Shown here piece after piece: positions 34,713 through 44,333 of a stretch of 64,000 nt of DNA. Under the pieces are notes generated by a model. That model was not told the origin of the DNA and did not search any database. It saw only the letters and a list, made by a program, of their open reading frames with translations. Position 1 is the first letter of the stretch; every line of letters begins with the position of its first letter. A program made the translations under genes and the position numbers. Origin of the DNA: an uncultured Verrucomicrobiae bacterium (GTDB lineage: Bacteria; Verrucomicrobiota; Verrucomicrobiia; Limisphaerales; JAFGQR01); the NCBI GenBank assembly GCA_963788655.1, contig CAWBHS010000057.1:224001-288000 (forward strand), given 5' to 3'.

Positions 34713-35963
34713 CTAGGGGATTTCCCGAACCGTCGCGGTTTCGTTTCTGGCCGGCGTGGCCGAGCGGGTCCAGGAAAACAGGCCGCTCAGAAATGTGCCC
34801 ACGCTGGCTTCATCACCGTCGGCGTCCCGTCGGATGCCCACCACGGCCGAAAGCCCCAAGGGCAAGTTTGAGTTGTCACCGTCCAATGCGATATAAACCG
34901 GTACCATGGCGTTCTTGCGCACCAGGGTGTGTAAGGTGGTCGGAACGGGGGCAAGCTGCAGGTGTTTGTCGGTCATGACTCCGATGGCTTGCACTCGGCC
35001 GGACAAATTGTGTTTCGGAAATGCATCCAGCGAGATGTCCGCCAGACTGCCCACTCGGATCTCGTTCAGATCCCGTTCGTCCACCCAGGCTTCCACCCAG
35101 GGACGTCCGATCGCCATGGCGATCATCGGTTCGCCCACGCGGGCTGAACCGCCCACCTCGACGATCCGTTCCAACACCCGGCCCTCCGCCGGCGCCCGGA
35201 TGACGGTGGACGCCAAGTCGGCCTCGGCCGCCTTGACTTTAGCGCGCGCCACTTCGACTTGCGACTCGAGCACGGCCAACCGGGCTTCGCGCACGCGCAA
35301 GCCATCGAGTTCGGTCGTTGCGGTTTGATAGCTGGACTCCGCCGCATCCACTGCTCCCTTGGCGGATTTGACCAACGCCAGCGATTGGTTGCGCTGGCCC
35401 GTGATCTGGTCCATCTCGCTTTGCGCGGCAATACCGGTCTTGATCAGTTGCGCGGCGCGGCCGTAATCTTTCTCCAGCCGTTCCAAGTTGGACTTCTCTG
35501 CTTCATAAGCGCCGATTGCTGCTTTGCGCATCCCGTTCAGCCGGGCGATGTCCAACGTTAGCCGGCGGCGCTCCTGTTCGATGGCCATTTTCTCGACGGC
35601 TAATTCGGTGCTCATGCGCGCGAACTCCGCCCGCTCTTCCGCCACCGTCGCCGCCAGATGATCGTCTTCCAAACGCAACAACACGTCGCCCTTGGCTACG
35701 CGCTGGCCGATATCGACCTCCACGCTCTCGACGCGGCCTTCGAGCCGGGCGCCAATGCGAGTGACGACGCCGTTGACGACGGCTTCGCCCAGGACCAGGT
35801 GTTCATAGCGGTAACAGCCCCAAGGAATCCCAATGCCCAAAGCGGCGATGGTCAGCAAACCGACCAGGCAAATGACAGTGACGCGAATCACCGAGCGGGC
35901 CGACCGCTTGGAAGGAGTTGGAGTTTGGGTGGGGGGGGATGATTTATCGTTTGGATGACTCAT
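34713..35963 (-). CDS. HlyD/EmrA-family membrane fusion protein in the Alg44 position (no PilZ domain)
   Basis: Short N-tail, single TM, split lipoyl motifs (GRVESVEVDIGQRVAKGDVLLRL; VIRAPAEGRV), coiled-coil hairpin and beta-barrel. Overlaps the alg8 stop. Confidence 0.8.
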   Translation of the reverse strand: MSHPNDKSSPPTQTPTPSKRSARSVIRVTVICLVGLLTIAALGIGIPWGCYRYEHLVLGEAVVNGVVTRIGARLEGRVESVEVDIGQRVAKGDVLLRLEDDHLAATVAEERAEFARMSTELAVEKMAIEQERRRLTLDIARLNGMRKAAIGAYEAEKSNLERLEKDYGRAAQLIKTGIAAQSEMDQITGQRNQSLALVKSAKGAVDAAESSYQTATTELDGLRVREARLAVLESQVEVARAKVKAAEADLASTVIRAPAEGRVLERIVEVGGSARVGEPMIAMAIGRPWVEAWVDERDLNEIRVGSLADISLDAFPKHNLSGRVQAIGVMTDKHLQLAPVPTTLHTLVRKNAMVPVYIALDGDNSNLPLGLSAVVGIRRDADGDEASVGTFLSGLFSWTRSATPARNETATVREIP

Positions 35964-38055
35964 GCAGCAGGTGCCTCAAAGATTTTGCCTGATCACTATT
36001 GGCATCCTTGCGCACTGGCGGCATCGCCTTCCGTAGCTTCAACATCAAACTGTCCGTCGGCAGTTTGAAACTCTGTTGATAAAGCTCGGTGCGAGTCGAA
36101 GCGTTCTCGTACGCGAGCTGATAATTTGTCAGGGAACGGAAAATTAGTTGTTGCAAATCCGTGGGGGGCTCCGACAACGGATCCGGCCGTCTCTCCGCCG
36201 CGGCTTCCAATAGTGTCGGGACCAACGGCTCTGGAAGCCGCCTCGTGGTCACTGGTTCCCGGTCAGGAGTCGCAATGGTTTGGCCAAACTCAGCCGGATC
36301 GTTCGTCATCGAATGCGACGTGCCGACCTCAAAGGTGGTGGTCCGGGCACGGGGATTAAGAAACAGCCGCGCTTCCCGAAACACGGGCAGAAAACCGACA
36401 AAGACCCCGACGACGATTAGCAATGCCGTGGTGGTGAAAAGATACAAGTAATGGGCGAAGCCGGTACGCAAGCCATAAAAGGCGGAGCCGCGAACGGCGT
36501 TCAGCTTGCGCGCCCCGCGATTGAGCCACGATTGCTTGGCCGGATGGAACAGGACCCAAAACTTGGTCAAGGCGGTCGCCCAGTCCGACACGATTTGCAA
36601 GGGCACGTAATAGGCCGAGAACCGTCGGCCCTGCCGCCAGGCGACGGCGGCATGGGTCAACCGCGAGGTCAACACCCAAAGCAAGTAACCCGCGGCAACT
36701 TCGTAGCGGCCAGCGCAGAGCGCCAGCAGCAACAGGCAAGGTCCCACGAGCACGGTGCCCATCGCCAAGCGCTGGTCCACCAGACTCCACCAGGGGAACA
36801 GCCCCAGTTTCCGAGGCCCAAGTTTGATGGCCCGCCAACTGTGGCGCACACTGTTGCCGGACCACCGCCGGATGTTGGCCAGCGCGCGTTGCACCGCGCT
36901 ACCCTGGACCACTTCAATCGTGGTCACCATGGCGTCCGGCACATACAGCATCCGTTGTTGGTGGGCCGCCATCCAAAACCAAGTGGTCTTGTCATCGCCG
37001 CTCAACATTTCGAACGAGCCCCAGAGCCAATTGCTGATGAGATCTTGCCGAACCAGATTTCTAAAACTCGCATCCTTGATCGCGGTCGCGCGAAACACCG
37101 AAAGCCGGCCGGTCAGACACAGCAGCCGGCCCGACAGCGCCACGGAACACATCGTGCGGTGCCGCAAACCGAACCGGAGTGATATCCATTCCGCAAACCA
37201 GGTCGGACCTTTGACCCAGCCGTTCTCGTTGGTGGTCACGGCGCCGACGGCCGGCTGCAGCCGGAACAGCGGCAGGACCTTGGCCAGCATGCCGGGTTGC
37301 AGCAAGGTGTCGGCATCCATGAAGACCACCACCCCGTCGTCATGCGGATTGCCCTGGGCGATCTCTTCCATGCCTTTGCCCAAGGCTTCGCGTTTGCCAT
37401 TTTCGCCACGCCGAAGAATCAGTTCGGGCGGCCACAAGTCATTTGCCTGGTCCTCCGGTGACGTGCAGCAACGAGCAAAAACTTCTTGGATGTTTTGATC
37501 ATCTTCATCGCATCCAGTCACCACGACCACTTTGGGCCGGCATTGCAGGCCGGTCACGGCGCGCAATTCGCGAAAGACCGATTCAAACACCACGGCGGTG
37601 ATCCAAGGTTTCTCATGATAAGTTGTGGCCAGGATGATCACCTCCGGCACGGGCCCGAATTGCTGCACGGCTCGGGCTGCCGCGCGACGCAGCCGGGGAT
37701 AGGTGAAATAGCGGTATAAAATCGCCCGCACGTTTTGGATGAGGAACCAACTCCACCGCCAACAGGCAATGCCGCCAACCGTAAGCAGGACTTCAATTCG
37801 TTGGAGCATCCAGAAGTGGACGTCGCCCACGATGCTGATGAGGGTCATCATCAGCCAAGCCAGCAGCGCCACCAGCACCAGTTGACTGGTCCACGGCGCA
37901 CCATTTCGGCACCGCCCCACTTCCGCGGAAACCGCATTGCGGAATTCCCCGGGTTGTGGCCCGGTGGTGCCAAAAAACTCCCTCCGATTGGGGGCAAACG
38001 ATAAAACACCGCATGCGTGATCCACATCGGGGGGATATCCTTTTCCCTTGTTCAC
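35944..38055 (-). CDS. alg8: Alg8-type processive GT2 (mannuronan/alginate synthase catalytic subunit-like)
   Basis: MDADT (DxD), LCLTGRLSVFRA, LSGDDKTTW, RRWSGNSVR and LVDQR motifs parallel Alg8 (LTGRMSVFRA, GDDKSSW, RWYGNNLR, LDQR). N- and C-terminal TM helices. Confidence 0.8.
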   Translation of the reverse strand: MNKGKGYPPDVDHACGVLSFAPNRREFFGTTGPQPGEFRNAVSAEVGRCRNGAPWTSQLVLVALLAWLMMTLISIVGDVHFWMLQRIEVLLTVGGIACWRWSWFLIQNVRAILYRYFTYPRLRRAAARAVQQFGPVPEVIILATTYHEKPWITAVVFESVFRELRAVTGLQCRPKVVVVTGCDEDDQNIQEVFARCCTSPEDQANDLWPPELILRRGENGKREALGKGMEEIAQGNPHDDGVVVFMDADTLLQPGMLAKVLPLFRLQPAVGAVTTNENGWVKGPTWFAEWISLRFGLRHRTMCSVALSGRLLCLTGRLSVFRATAIKDASFRNLVRQDLISNWLWGSFEMLSGDDKTTWFWMAAHQQRMLYVPDAMVTTIEVVQGSAVQRALANIRRWSGNSVRHSWRAIKLGPRKLGLFPWWSLVDQRLAMGTVLVGPCLLLLALCAGRYEVAAGYLLWVLTSRLTHAAVAWRQGRRFSAYYVPLQIVSDWATALTKFWVLFHPAKQSWLNRGARKLNAVRGSAFYGLRTGFAHYLYLFTTTALLIVVGVFVGFLPVFREARLFLNPRARTTTFEVGTSHSMTNDPAEFGQTIATPDREPVTTRRLPEPLVPTLLEAAAERRPDPLSEPPTDLQQLIFRSLTNYQLAYENASTRTELYQQSFKLPTDSLMLKLRKAMPPVRKDANSDQAKSLRHLLHESSKR

Positions 38056-38648
38056 TTGTTAAGAGCTTCCTTCTGAATCGCAATTCTTTATGGAATTGCA
38101 CCTATTAAAGCCTATTCCCCGAAAGATGTCAATCAGTTTCGCGGCCCATTGTGGCACCACTGTAACCTGCGTTTTAGCCCGAAAGAACAGTGGAATCCGG
38201 GGAGTTTTCCTACGCAATCCAATTGCGTTGCGCGCGAATGTGCGTCACTCATTACTCATTTGCAACCAGTAAATTAGCCTTCAGCTATTTTTCAGGGCGC
38301 CAGCCTTTGGGATGGTCAGCCCCAGAATTCCCTGGCATGAATGGCTGGTCCAACTTGACCGTCGATTGCTGCATGAACCGTCCATTGAATTGGCTGGTGG
38401 CTGCCTCGTGCGCCGCCCGGCAAGATTTGTCGGCGGTGTTTGTGGATCGCTGGCGTTTGCCACTGAGCGACGATGCTCGCGCCGTCATGCAACACGTTCG
38501 GTGGAATGCTGACCGACAACAGCGGTTGGCGTAATCGCGAAGCTCCCGGAAAATCCGTTCCGCGCGGACGCCGCACCGAAGCAACCTTGACGGCATCGAA
38601 AAACCTCCTTGCTTGACCATTCCAACTCAACCAGTAAAAACAACGACC

Positions 38649-39913
38649 ATGAAAAACAATTGGATTCACCGCCTCAACCGCCGACCGATTTGGCTCACCA
38701 TCGCCGCGTCTCGATTTCCGTTCTCACCCTCCAGGCTGATTGGCCGCAGTTCATGGGACCCAACGGTGACGGCACGTCGCCGGAGAAAGCCTTGCTGCGC
38801 GCCTGGCCGGCGGGCGGTCCGAAAGTCCTTTGGACCGTGCCGCTGGGCAAGGGGTACGGCGGGGCCGCCATTCGCGACGGCAAGGTCTATTTAATGGACC
38901 GTGTGGACATGAAACAGGATGTCTTGCGGGTGTTAAATCTGACCACCGGCAAGGAAGTCTGGACCTACGCTTACGATGCGCCTGGTCGGATCAGCCACGA
39001 CGGTTCCCGGAGCACACCCGCCGTAAGCGACCAACGAGTGTTCACCATCGGTCCGTTCGGCCATTTCCATTGTCTGGACCAAACGACGCACCAGGTGGTA
39101 TGGCAAAAAAACCTGGTGGACGATTACGGGACGCGCGCACCCCGGTGGGCTGTGGCACAATCCCCCTTGCTCTACAAAAACCTGGTGATCGTGGCGCCGC
39201 TGGCCGAAGAGGCCGGAGTCGTGGCATTCGACCAGGCCACCGGCAAGGAACAGTGGCATTCCGGACCACTAGGCCCCATGGCGTATGCCTCTCCCAAAAT
39301 TGTGACCATCGAGGGCCTGGACCAAGTCGTCATCGTCAACCAAAAGGGAGCCGCAGCAATCAAGGCTGCCGACGGCGCCTTGCTTTGGCAGTATGAGCAT
39401 CCCTGCAAAATTGCAATTCCCAATGTGGCCGAACTCGGCCAGGGCAAGCTGTTTCTCACCGGCGGCTACAATGCCGGCAGCGCCATCATCCAGGTGTCGC
39501 AACAAGCCGGCAAATGGACGGTCAAGGAATTGGCGCGCATCGACAAAATCGGCGGGCAGTGCCATCCGGGGCTCGTGTTCCAGAACCACATTTACGTCCT
39601 GTGCAACACCAACGAACGCGCTGATGGCATGGTGTGTTTTGATACCAACGGAAAAATGCTCTGGCAGACCAAGCGCGATCCATTCCTGGACAAGGGCGGT
39701 TCCATTCTGACGGGCGATGGGCTCATTTATGTCATGGATGGTCGCGCGGGTGAATTGCACATCGTTGAACCTTCGCCGGACGGATTCAAATCGCTCGACA
39801 AGTTCAAGCTCTTGGACGGAAGTGAAATTTGGGGCCCACTGGCGCTCACGGACGGCAAACTCATCATCCGCGACCAAAGCCAGATGAAATGCCTGGACGT
39901 GAAAGCGCGATGA
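38649..39913 (+). CDS. Secreted PQQ-binding-like/BamB-like beta-propeller protein; frameshift near 38706
   Basis: MKNNWIHRLNRRPIWLTIAA joins VSISVLTLQADWPQFMGP. Typical DWPQF.GP start, repeated G+xxW motifs, STP/ASP motifs and C-terminal IRDQSQMKCLD. Confidence 0.8.
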
Positions 39914-39932
39914 GCGGCTCGTTCGTCCGCAG

Positions 39933-40886
39933 TCAACGAACCGTTACCGCGAACCTTCCAGCAATGTCTTCGACGAAAGCTTTGTGACGCCGCGGAACGC
40001 GGGCGTACCACCCTTTCAGGTATTCGGCAAAGCTCAACGAAGTGTAACCGTCGTGGCCATTCAAGAAGCTGACGGCCGCCCAGTGTTCCGGGCGCTTCGC
40101 GAACAAGGGCAGCAAATGACAAGCGACCAGCCCGTTCAAATGTCGCAACGTGGCGTGGCCGCGCAGCTCGGCTTCATGCTGATGATACCACTGGGCGAAC
40201 ATTACACCGGCGTCGAGTTGGCGGTCACTCGCGTGTTCAAGATCGGCGGCATACTCGGCGAGTTTGGGGGCGAAATCGCGCCAATTCCCATAAGGCGGCG
40301 AATTGCTCCACGCGATGGCCATCTGTTGGAGGACAAACATTGAGGCCGTCTCGCACAGCGCTTCCTCAAACCACTGGTTGGGATTCCGATCCGTGCGCAC
40401 GCGCTCATAGTGGCAGATGATGTGACCAAGTTCATGGGCGAACTGATAGGCATATTGCGCCCAGTAAGTGCCGCGGGCATTCAAGCGCACCACAATCTCG
40501 CCCTTCAAACCGCGACGATACTCGGTGATGGGACTGTTCGTAGTGTGAAACACCCGCACCGTCCCAAAGCTTTCGGGCGCCAAACGTGGCACCAGTTGCG
40601 CCGCCGACGACGAGAGTAGTCGCTGGATGTTTTCCAACGACACGCCGTCGCCCCAACCGCCTGGCACAATCTCGATGGCCAGTTGATTCGTTGCCAGCGT
40701 GGGCGCAGCGGGAACAGCCGCACAGGCCATTAACACCAGCAGGAAAATGCCATCCGGCCACGAACCGAAGTGCGTTGTCCAAAATGAAGGGGCATGTTGC
40801 CTTCCAAAGTGGGGACCGTTCGCCGAAAGATCAAGAATGGTTGCCAGCCCTTCGAAGTTGCCCGCACGCAAGATCGCTTGTCGCAA
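39933..40886 (-). CDS. Hypothetical zinc metallopeptidase-like (HExxH + downstream E) protein; start uncertain
   Basis: YQFAHELGHIICH followed by WFEEALCETAS; hydrophobic segment near the N-terminus. Confidence 0.6.
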   Translation of the reverse strand: MRQAILRAGNFEGLATILDLSANGPHFGRQHAPSFWTTHFGSWPDGIFLLVLMACAAVPAAPTLATNQLAIEIVPGGWGDGVSLENIQRLLSSSAAQLVPRLAPESFGTVRVFHTTNSPITEYRRGLKGEIVVRLNARGTYWAQYAYQFAHELGHIICHYERVRTDRNPNQWFEEALCETASMFVLQQMAIAWSNSPPYGNWRDFAPKLAEYAADLEHASDRQLDAGVMFAQWYHQHEAELRGHATLRHLNGLVACHLLPLFAKRPEHWAAVSFLNGHDGYTSLSFAEYLKGWYARVPRRHKAFVEDIAGRFAVTVR

Positions 40887-40958
40887 TCCCCTTCCATACC
40901 TTCATCTTCTTCGCGAAAGAAATTGCCCAGCCCCGCCGGCTTAGCCTAATTACGTCGC

Positions 40959-41945
40959 ATGAAACCGCGACAACTTGGGAACAGCAACTTGCACCTGACC
41001 CCCATCGGCTTGGGCACCTGGGCTATGGGCGGCGACGGTTGGGCCTTTGCCTGGGGCCCGCAAGATGACCGCGCGTCCATCGCCGCCATCCAACGCGCCT
41101 TGGACTGCGGCATCAATTGGATCGACACGGCCGCGGTGTATGGTCTTGGCCACGCCGAGGAACTCGTGGGCCAGGCCCTTGCCGGCCGACGCGACAACGT
41201 GATAATCGCCACGAAATGCGAACGCGTTTGGGACGAAACCACCGGCGCCATTGGCAAGTGCCTCAAAGCGGAGAGTGTGAAACGCGAGGTTGAAGCCAGT
41301 CTGCGCCGGCTCCGCACGGATGTGATTGACCTGTATCAGATCCATTGGCCGGAACCAGACGCTGACATCGAAGAAGGTTGGGGCGCTCTTGTCGAATTGA
41401 TCCGCGACGGCAAGGTCCGCTACGGCGGCGTTTCCAATTTCAATCTGAGCCAACTCCGGCGCGCCCAAGCCATCCATCCGGTCACATCGCTACAGCCGCC
41501 GTACAGCATGTTGAACCGCGCCGTCGAAAAAGAGCTGCTACCGTATTGTGCCCGCGAGGGCATCGGCGTCGCGGCCTACAGTCCGATGCAGGCCGGGTTG
41601 TTGACCGGCAAGTTCACCCGCGAACGAGCAGCAGCGTTGCCGTCATCCGATTGGCGCCGGCGCAGTCCTTATTTCCAGGAACCGCAACTCAGTGTGAATC
41701 TCCAGGTTGCCGAGCGCCTGCAACCAATTGCCCGCCGCCACGAGATCACCGTTGCCCAACTTTCCCTGGCTTGGGTCTTGCGTCGGCCCGAAATGACCGC
41801 CGCCATCGTGGGGGCCCGACGTCCGGAGCAAGTCGAGGAAACAGTTCGGGCAGGCGAAATTCGACTGGCTCCCGAAGACCTTACCGAAATCGAAAACATC
41901 CTCCTGGAACGGGAAAAAGCCCTGGGCGGCGAATCGGCGAAGTAA
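40959..41945 (+). CDS. Aldo/keto reductase
   Basis: IGLGTWAMGG, IDTAAVYGLGHAEE, IATK, SLRRLRTDVIDLYQIHWP, GVSNF, QPPYSML, YSPMQAGLLTG. Confidence 0.95.
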   Translation: MKPRQLGNSNLHLTPIGLGTWAMGGDGWAFAWGPQDDRASIAAIQRALDCGINWIDTAAVYGLGHAEELVGQALAGRRDNVIIATKCERVWDETTGAIGKCLKAESVKREVEASLRRLRTDVIDLYQIHWPEPDADIEEGWGALVELIRDGKVRYGGVSNFNLSQLRRAQAIHPVTSLQPPYSMLNRAVEKELLPYCAREGIGVAAYSPMQAGLLTGKFTRERAAALPSSDWRRRSPYFQEPQLSVNLQVAERLQPIARRHEITVAQLSLAWVLRRPEMTAAIVGARRPEQVEETVRAGEIRLAPEDLTEIENILLEREKALGGESAK

Positions 41946-42042
41946 GGCTCTCCACGTCTCGAAACGTCTTTTTGAAGGCTTGACCAACACTCGGCAATTT
42001 GATACTTCCTGATCTTCAGTAAACCAACTAACAACGAATTCT

Positions 42043-42207
42043 ATGAAAAACAAATGGTTGTTCTACTCGGTCTTCGGTTTTGTGTTTGCATTTTCCTCAT
42101 CAATGCTAGCTGTGGGAGGTGCAGTACCCGATGGCGGTTCCACGGTGCTCATGCTCTTGGCCGGCTGCGCCGCTCTATTCGGTCTGGCCAAAGGGCTTAA
42201 AAAGTAA
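42043..42207 (+). CDS. 54-aa micro-protein: signal peptide fused almost directly to a VPDSG-CTERM-like sorting signal
   Basis: MKNKWLFYSVFGFVFAFSSSMLAVGGAVPDGGSTVLMLLAGCAALFGLAKGLKK*: VPDGGST + TM helix + basic tail. Below the ORF-track cutoff. Confidence 0.75.
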   Translation: MKNKWLFYSVFGFVFAFSSSMLAVGGAVPDGGSTVLMLLAGCAALFGLAKGLKK

Positions 42208-42209
42208 GC

Positions 42210-42268
42210 CTTCGGATTTCGGTCTTCGGAGTTTTTTCGGATTTCGAGCCCTTCGGATTTCGGATTTG
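42210..42268. repeat. Degenerate heptamer (TTCGGAT) simple-sequence repeat
   Basis: ttcggatttcggtcttcgga...ttcggatttcgag...ttcggatttcggattt; similar tract at ~53633-53693. Confidence 0.7.
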
Positions 42269-42270
42269 TC

Positions 42271-42888
42271 TTAACGATAGATGTCCACCAAAAAGATCAC
42301 CGCCTCACTCTTCCCCGCGTTTACAATGGCGTGCGGCACATCGGCCCGGTAATTGGCGGAGTCTCCTGGGTCCAATTCATCGGCGTCTCCACCCGATTCC
42401 ACGCGGATGCGTCCCTTCTGCACTGTTAAAAATTCCCGCGTTCCCTCGAAGTGTGGCGAACTTCGCAACGCACCGCCTGGTTGCAATTGCACCTCGTAAA
42501 ACTCGACATCCTTTTCCAAGTTCAACGGCGACAACGTGCGAATGCGGCAATCCTTATCGGACCGGTAGTGGTAAGCCCGGTCATTGGCACGGATCACCGC
42601 CACCTTCGAGGACGCCGCCGGCATCTGGAGCAATTCGCCCAATTCCATTCCGAACGCGCGCGCAATGCGCATCGTGACCGCCAGCGTGGGATTGGCTTCC
42701 TCCCGTTCAATCTGGCTCAACATCGACCGACTCACCCCACTGGCGCTGGCCAGTGCCTCGAGCGACCAGTCCCGCTCCGTGCGCAATTGCCGGACGCGCG
42801 TGCCCAAGTGCCGGCTGATGGCATCATCCATGGCCGGCAGCCTTGACGAAGCCGGTTTCCGTTCCGGCGAAGGTGATTTTTGGCCCAT
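42271..42888 (-). CDS. XRE-family HTH transcriptional regulator with C-terminal cupin domain
   Basis: LGTRVRQLRTERDWSLEALASASGVSRSMLSQIEREEANPTL HTH; cupin H..GTREFLTV...GDSANYRADVPH. Divergent from tdh. Start could be 42888 or 42831. Confidence 0.9.
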   Translation of the reverse strand: MGQKSPSPERKPASSRLPAMDDAISRHLGTRVRQLRTERDWSLEALASASGVSRSMLSQIEREEANPTLAVTMRIARAFGMELGELLQMPAASSKVAVIRANDRAYHYRSDKDCRIRTLSPLNLEKDVEFYEVQLQPGGALRSSPHFEGTREFLTVQKGRIRVESGGDADELDPGDSANYRADVPHAIVNAGKSEAVIFLVDIYR

Positions 42889-42896
42889 AATTGATG

Positions 42897-42973
42897 TTCG
42901 ATATACTGGATATTTGTCTTGCATACCGGAATTTAGAATCTACTATAACGGACATTGGTTCCGGCATATTGGA
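42897..42973 (+). promoter_or_regulatory. Four 14-bp operator-like repeats (TYYNNYATANYGGA) overlapping a putative sigma70 promoter for tdh
   Basis: TTCGATATACTGGA (42897), TCTTGCATACCGGA (42917), TCTACTATAACGGA (42939), TCCGGCATATTGGA (42960); 20-22 bp spacing. TTGCAT-N16-TACTAT overlaps sites 2-3. Confidence 0.65.
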
Positions 42974-43104
42974 AACACCATGCCGCCGGAAGTTGGTTTT
43001 GGCAACCCCATAATGGGCCGCCGGCACATTAAATCATTCCGCACGGATTGTGATTTCAGTTCAGGCTGTCCGGACGCACAATTTGAGTTATGGCAAATCG
43101 CACC

Positions 43105-44133
43105 ATGAAAGCACTGGTCAAAAAAGAACGAAAACCCGGCCTCTGGTTGGAGGAAGTGCCGCATCCCGAAATTGGCATCAACGACGTGCTGATTCACGTG
43201 GATCGCACCGGTATCTGCGGCACCGACCTGCACATTTACAAGTGGGACGAGTGGGCCCAAAAGACCATTCCCGTACCCATGGTGGTGGGCCACGAGTTCG
43301 TCGGCGAGGTCGTCGAGGTCGGGGCCAATGTGAAGGACTTTTTCCCTGGCGAAGTTGTCAGCGCCGAGGGCCACGTGGTTTGCGGACGCTGCCGGAATTG
43401 CCTGGCCGGGCGCCGGCACCTGTGCAACGACACCAAGGGCATCGGCGTCAATCGCCCCGGCGCCTTCGCGGAATACATTTCTGTGCCCATGACCAACGTG
43501 TGGCATCACCAACCGGCGATCGACCGCGACGTGGCGTCCATCTTCGATCCGTTCGGTAATGCGGTCCACACCGCGCTCTCCTTCCCGGTCCTGGGCGAAG
43601 ACGTGTTGATCACCGGCGCCGGCCCCATCGGGGTGATGGCGGTGGCCATTGCCCGGCATGCGGGCGCGCGGTTTGTCGTGGTGACCGATCTCAACGAATA
43701 CCGGCTGGACCTCGCCAAAAAGATGGGCGCGACCGTCGCGCACAACGTCAAAAACGGCTCGCTCCGCGACGTTCAAAAGCAACTCGGGATGAAAGAAGGT
43801 TTCGACGTTGGCCTCGAAATGTCCGGCAGCCCGGCCGCCTTCCACGACATGATCGACAACATGGCGCACGGCGGCAAAATCGCGATGCTCGGCATTCCGC
43901 CCGGTGAGATGGCCATCGACTGGAACAAGGTCGTTTTCAACATGCTGACGATCAAAGGTATTTACGGCCGCGAAATGTACGAGACCTGGTACAAAATGAC
44001 GGTGATGGTCGATGGCGGCCTGGACATCCGGCCCGTCATCACCCACCGGTTCCATTACACGGAGTTTGAGCAAGGATTTCAGGTCATGCTCTCCGGCCAA
44101 TCGGGCAAGGTGATTCTCAATTGGCGGGATTGA
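43105..44133 (+). CDS. tdh: L-threonine 3-dehydrogenase
   Basis: [74 protein letters not shown]. Confidence 0.97.
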   Translation: MKALVKKERKPGLWLEEVPHPEIGINDVLIHVDRTGICGTDLHIYKWDEWAQKTIPVPMVVGHEFVGEVVEVGANVKDFFPGEVVSAEGHVVCGRCRNCLAGRRHLCNDTKGIGVNRPGAFAEYISVPMTNVWHHQPAIDRDVASIFDPFGNAVHTALSFPVLGEDVLITGAGPIGVMAVAIARHAGARFVVVTDLNEYRLDLAKKMGATVAHNVKNGSLRDVQKQLGMKEGFDVGLEMSGSPAAFHDMIDNMAHGGKIAMLGIPPGEMAIDWNKVVFNMLTIKGIYGREMYETWYKMTVMVDGGLDIRPVITHRFHYTEFEQGFQVMLSGQSGKVILNWRD

Positions 44134-44149
44134 GTGAAGCGGCCAATTT

Positions 44150-44235
44150 GTAGCAGCCGACGTAAGGAGGCTCATTATTATCGGGAGCATGGCGTTTGTT
44201 CGAGAGAGAATGAGCCTCCTTACGTCGGCTGTTAC
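44150..44235. repeat. REP-like inverted repeat pair (27-bp arms, GTAG end)
   Basis: GTAGCAGCCGACGTAAGGAGGCTCATT (44150-44176) and AATGAGCCTCCTTACGTCGGCTGTTAC (44209-44235). Degenerate single arm at ~50532-50556. Confidence 0.85.
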
Positions 44236-44333
44236 CATTCTTAAACGGCCTCTCTATAAATTGTCCGGGCACGAGAGAACAAATCCGCGGTTTCCAGATT
44301 GAACCAATGAACACGTCAGCGCATCCTCTGCCA

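Noticed and set aside
993..37498. Many long plus-strand ORFs (e.g. 2916..4703, 8835..11183, 17153..18721, 25197..26966)
   Set aside because: Antisense shadows of GC-rich, codon-biased minus-strand genes; His/Arg/Gly-rich with no recognisable motifs.
38056..38640. Sigma54 promoter or c-di-GMP riboswitch upstream of alg8
   Set aside because: TGGCAC at ~38152 lacks a correctly spaced TTGC and faces away from alg8; no convincing GEMM motif by eye. An Rfam scan would settle it.
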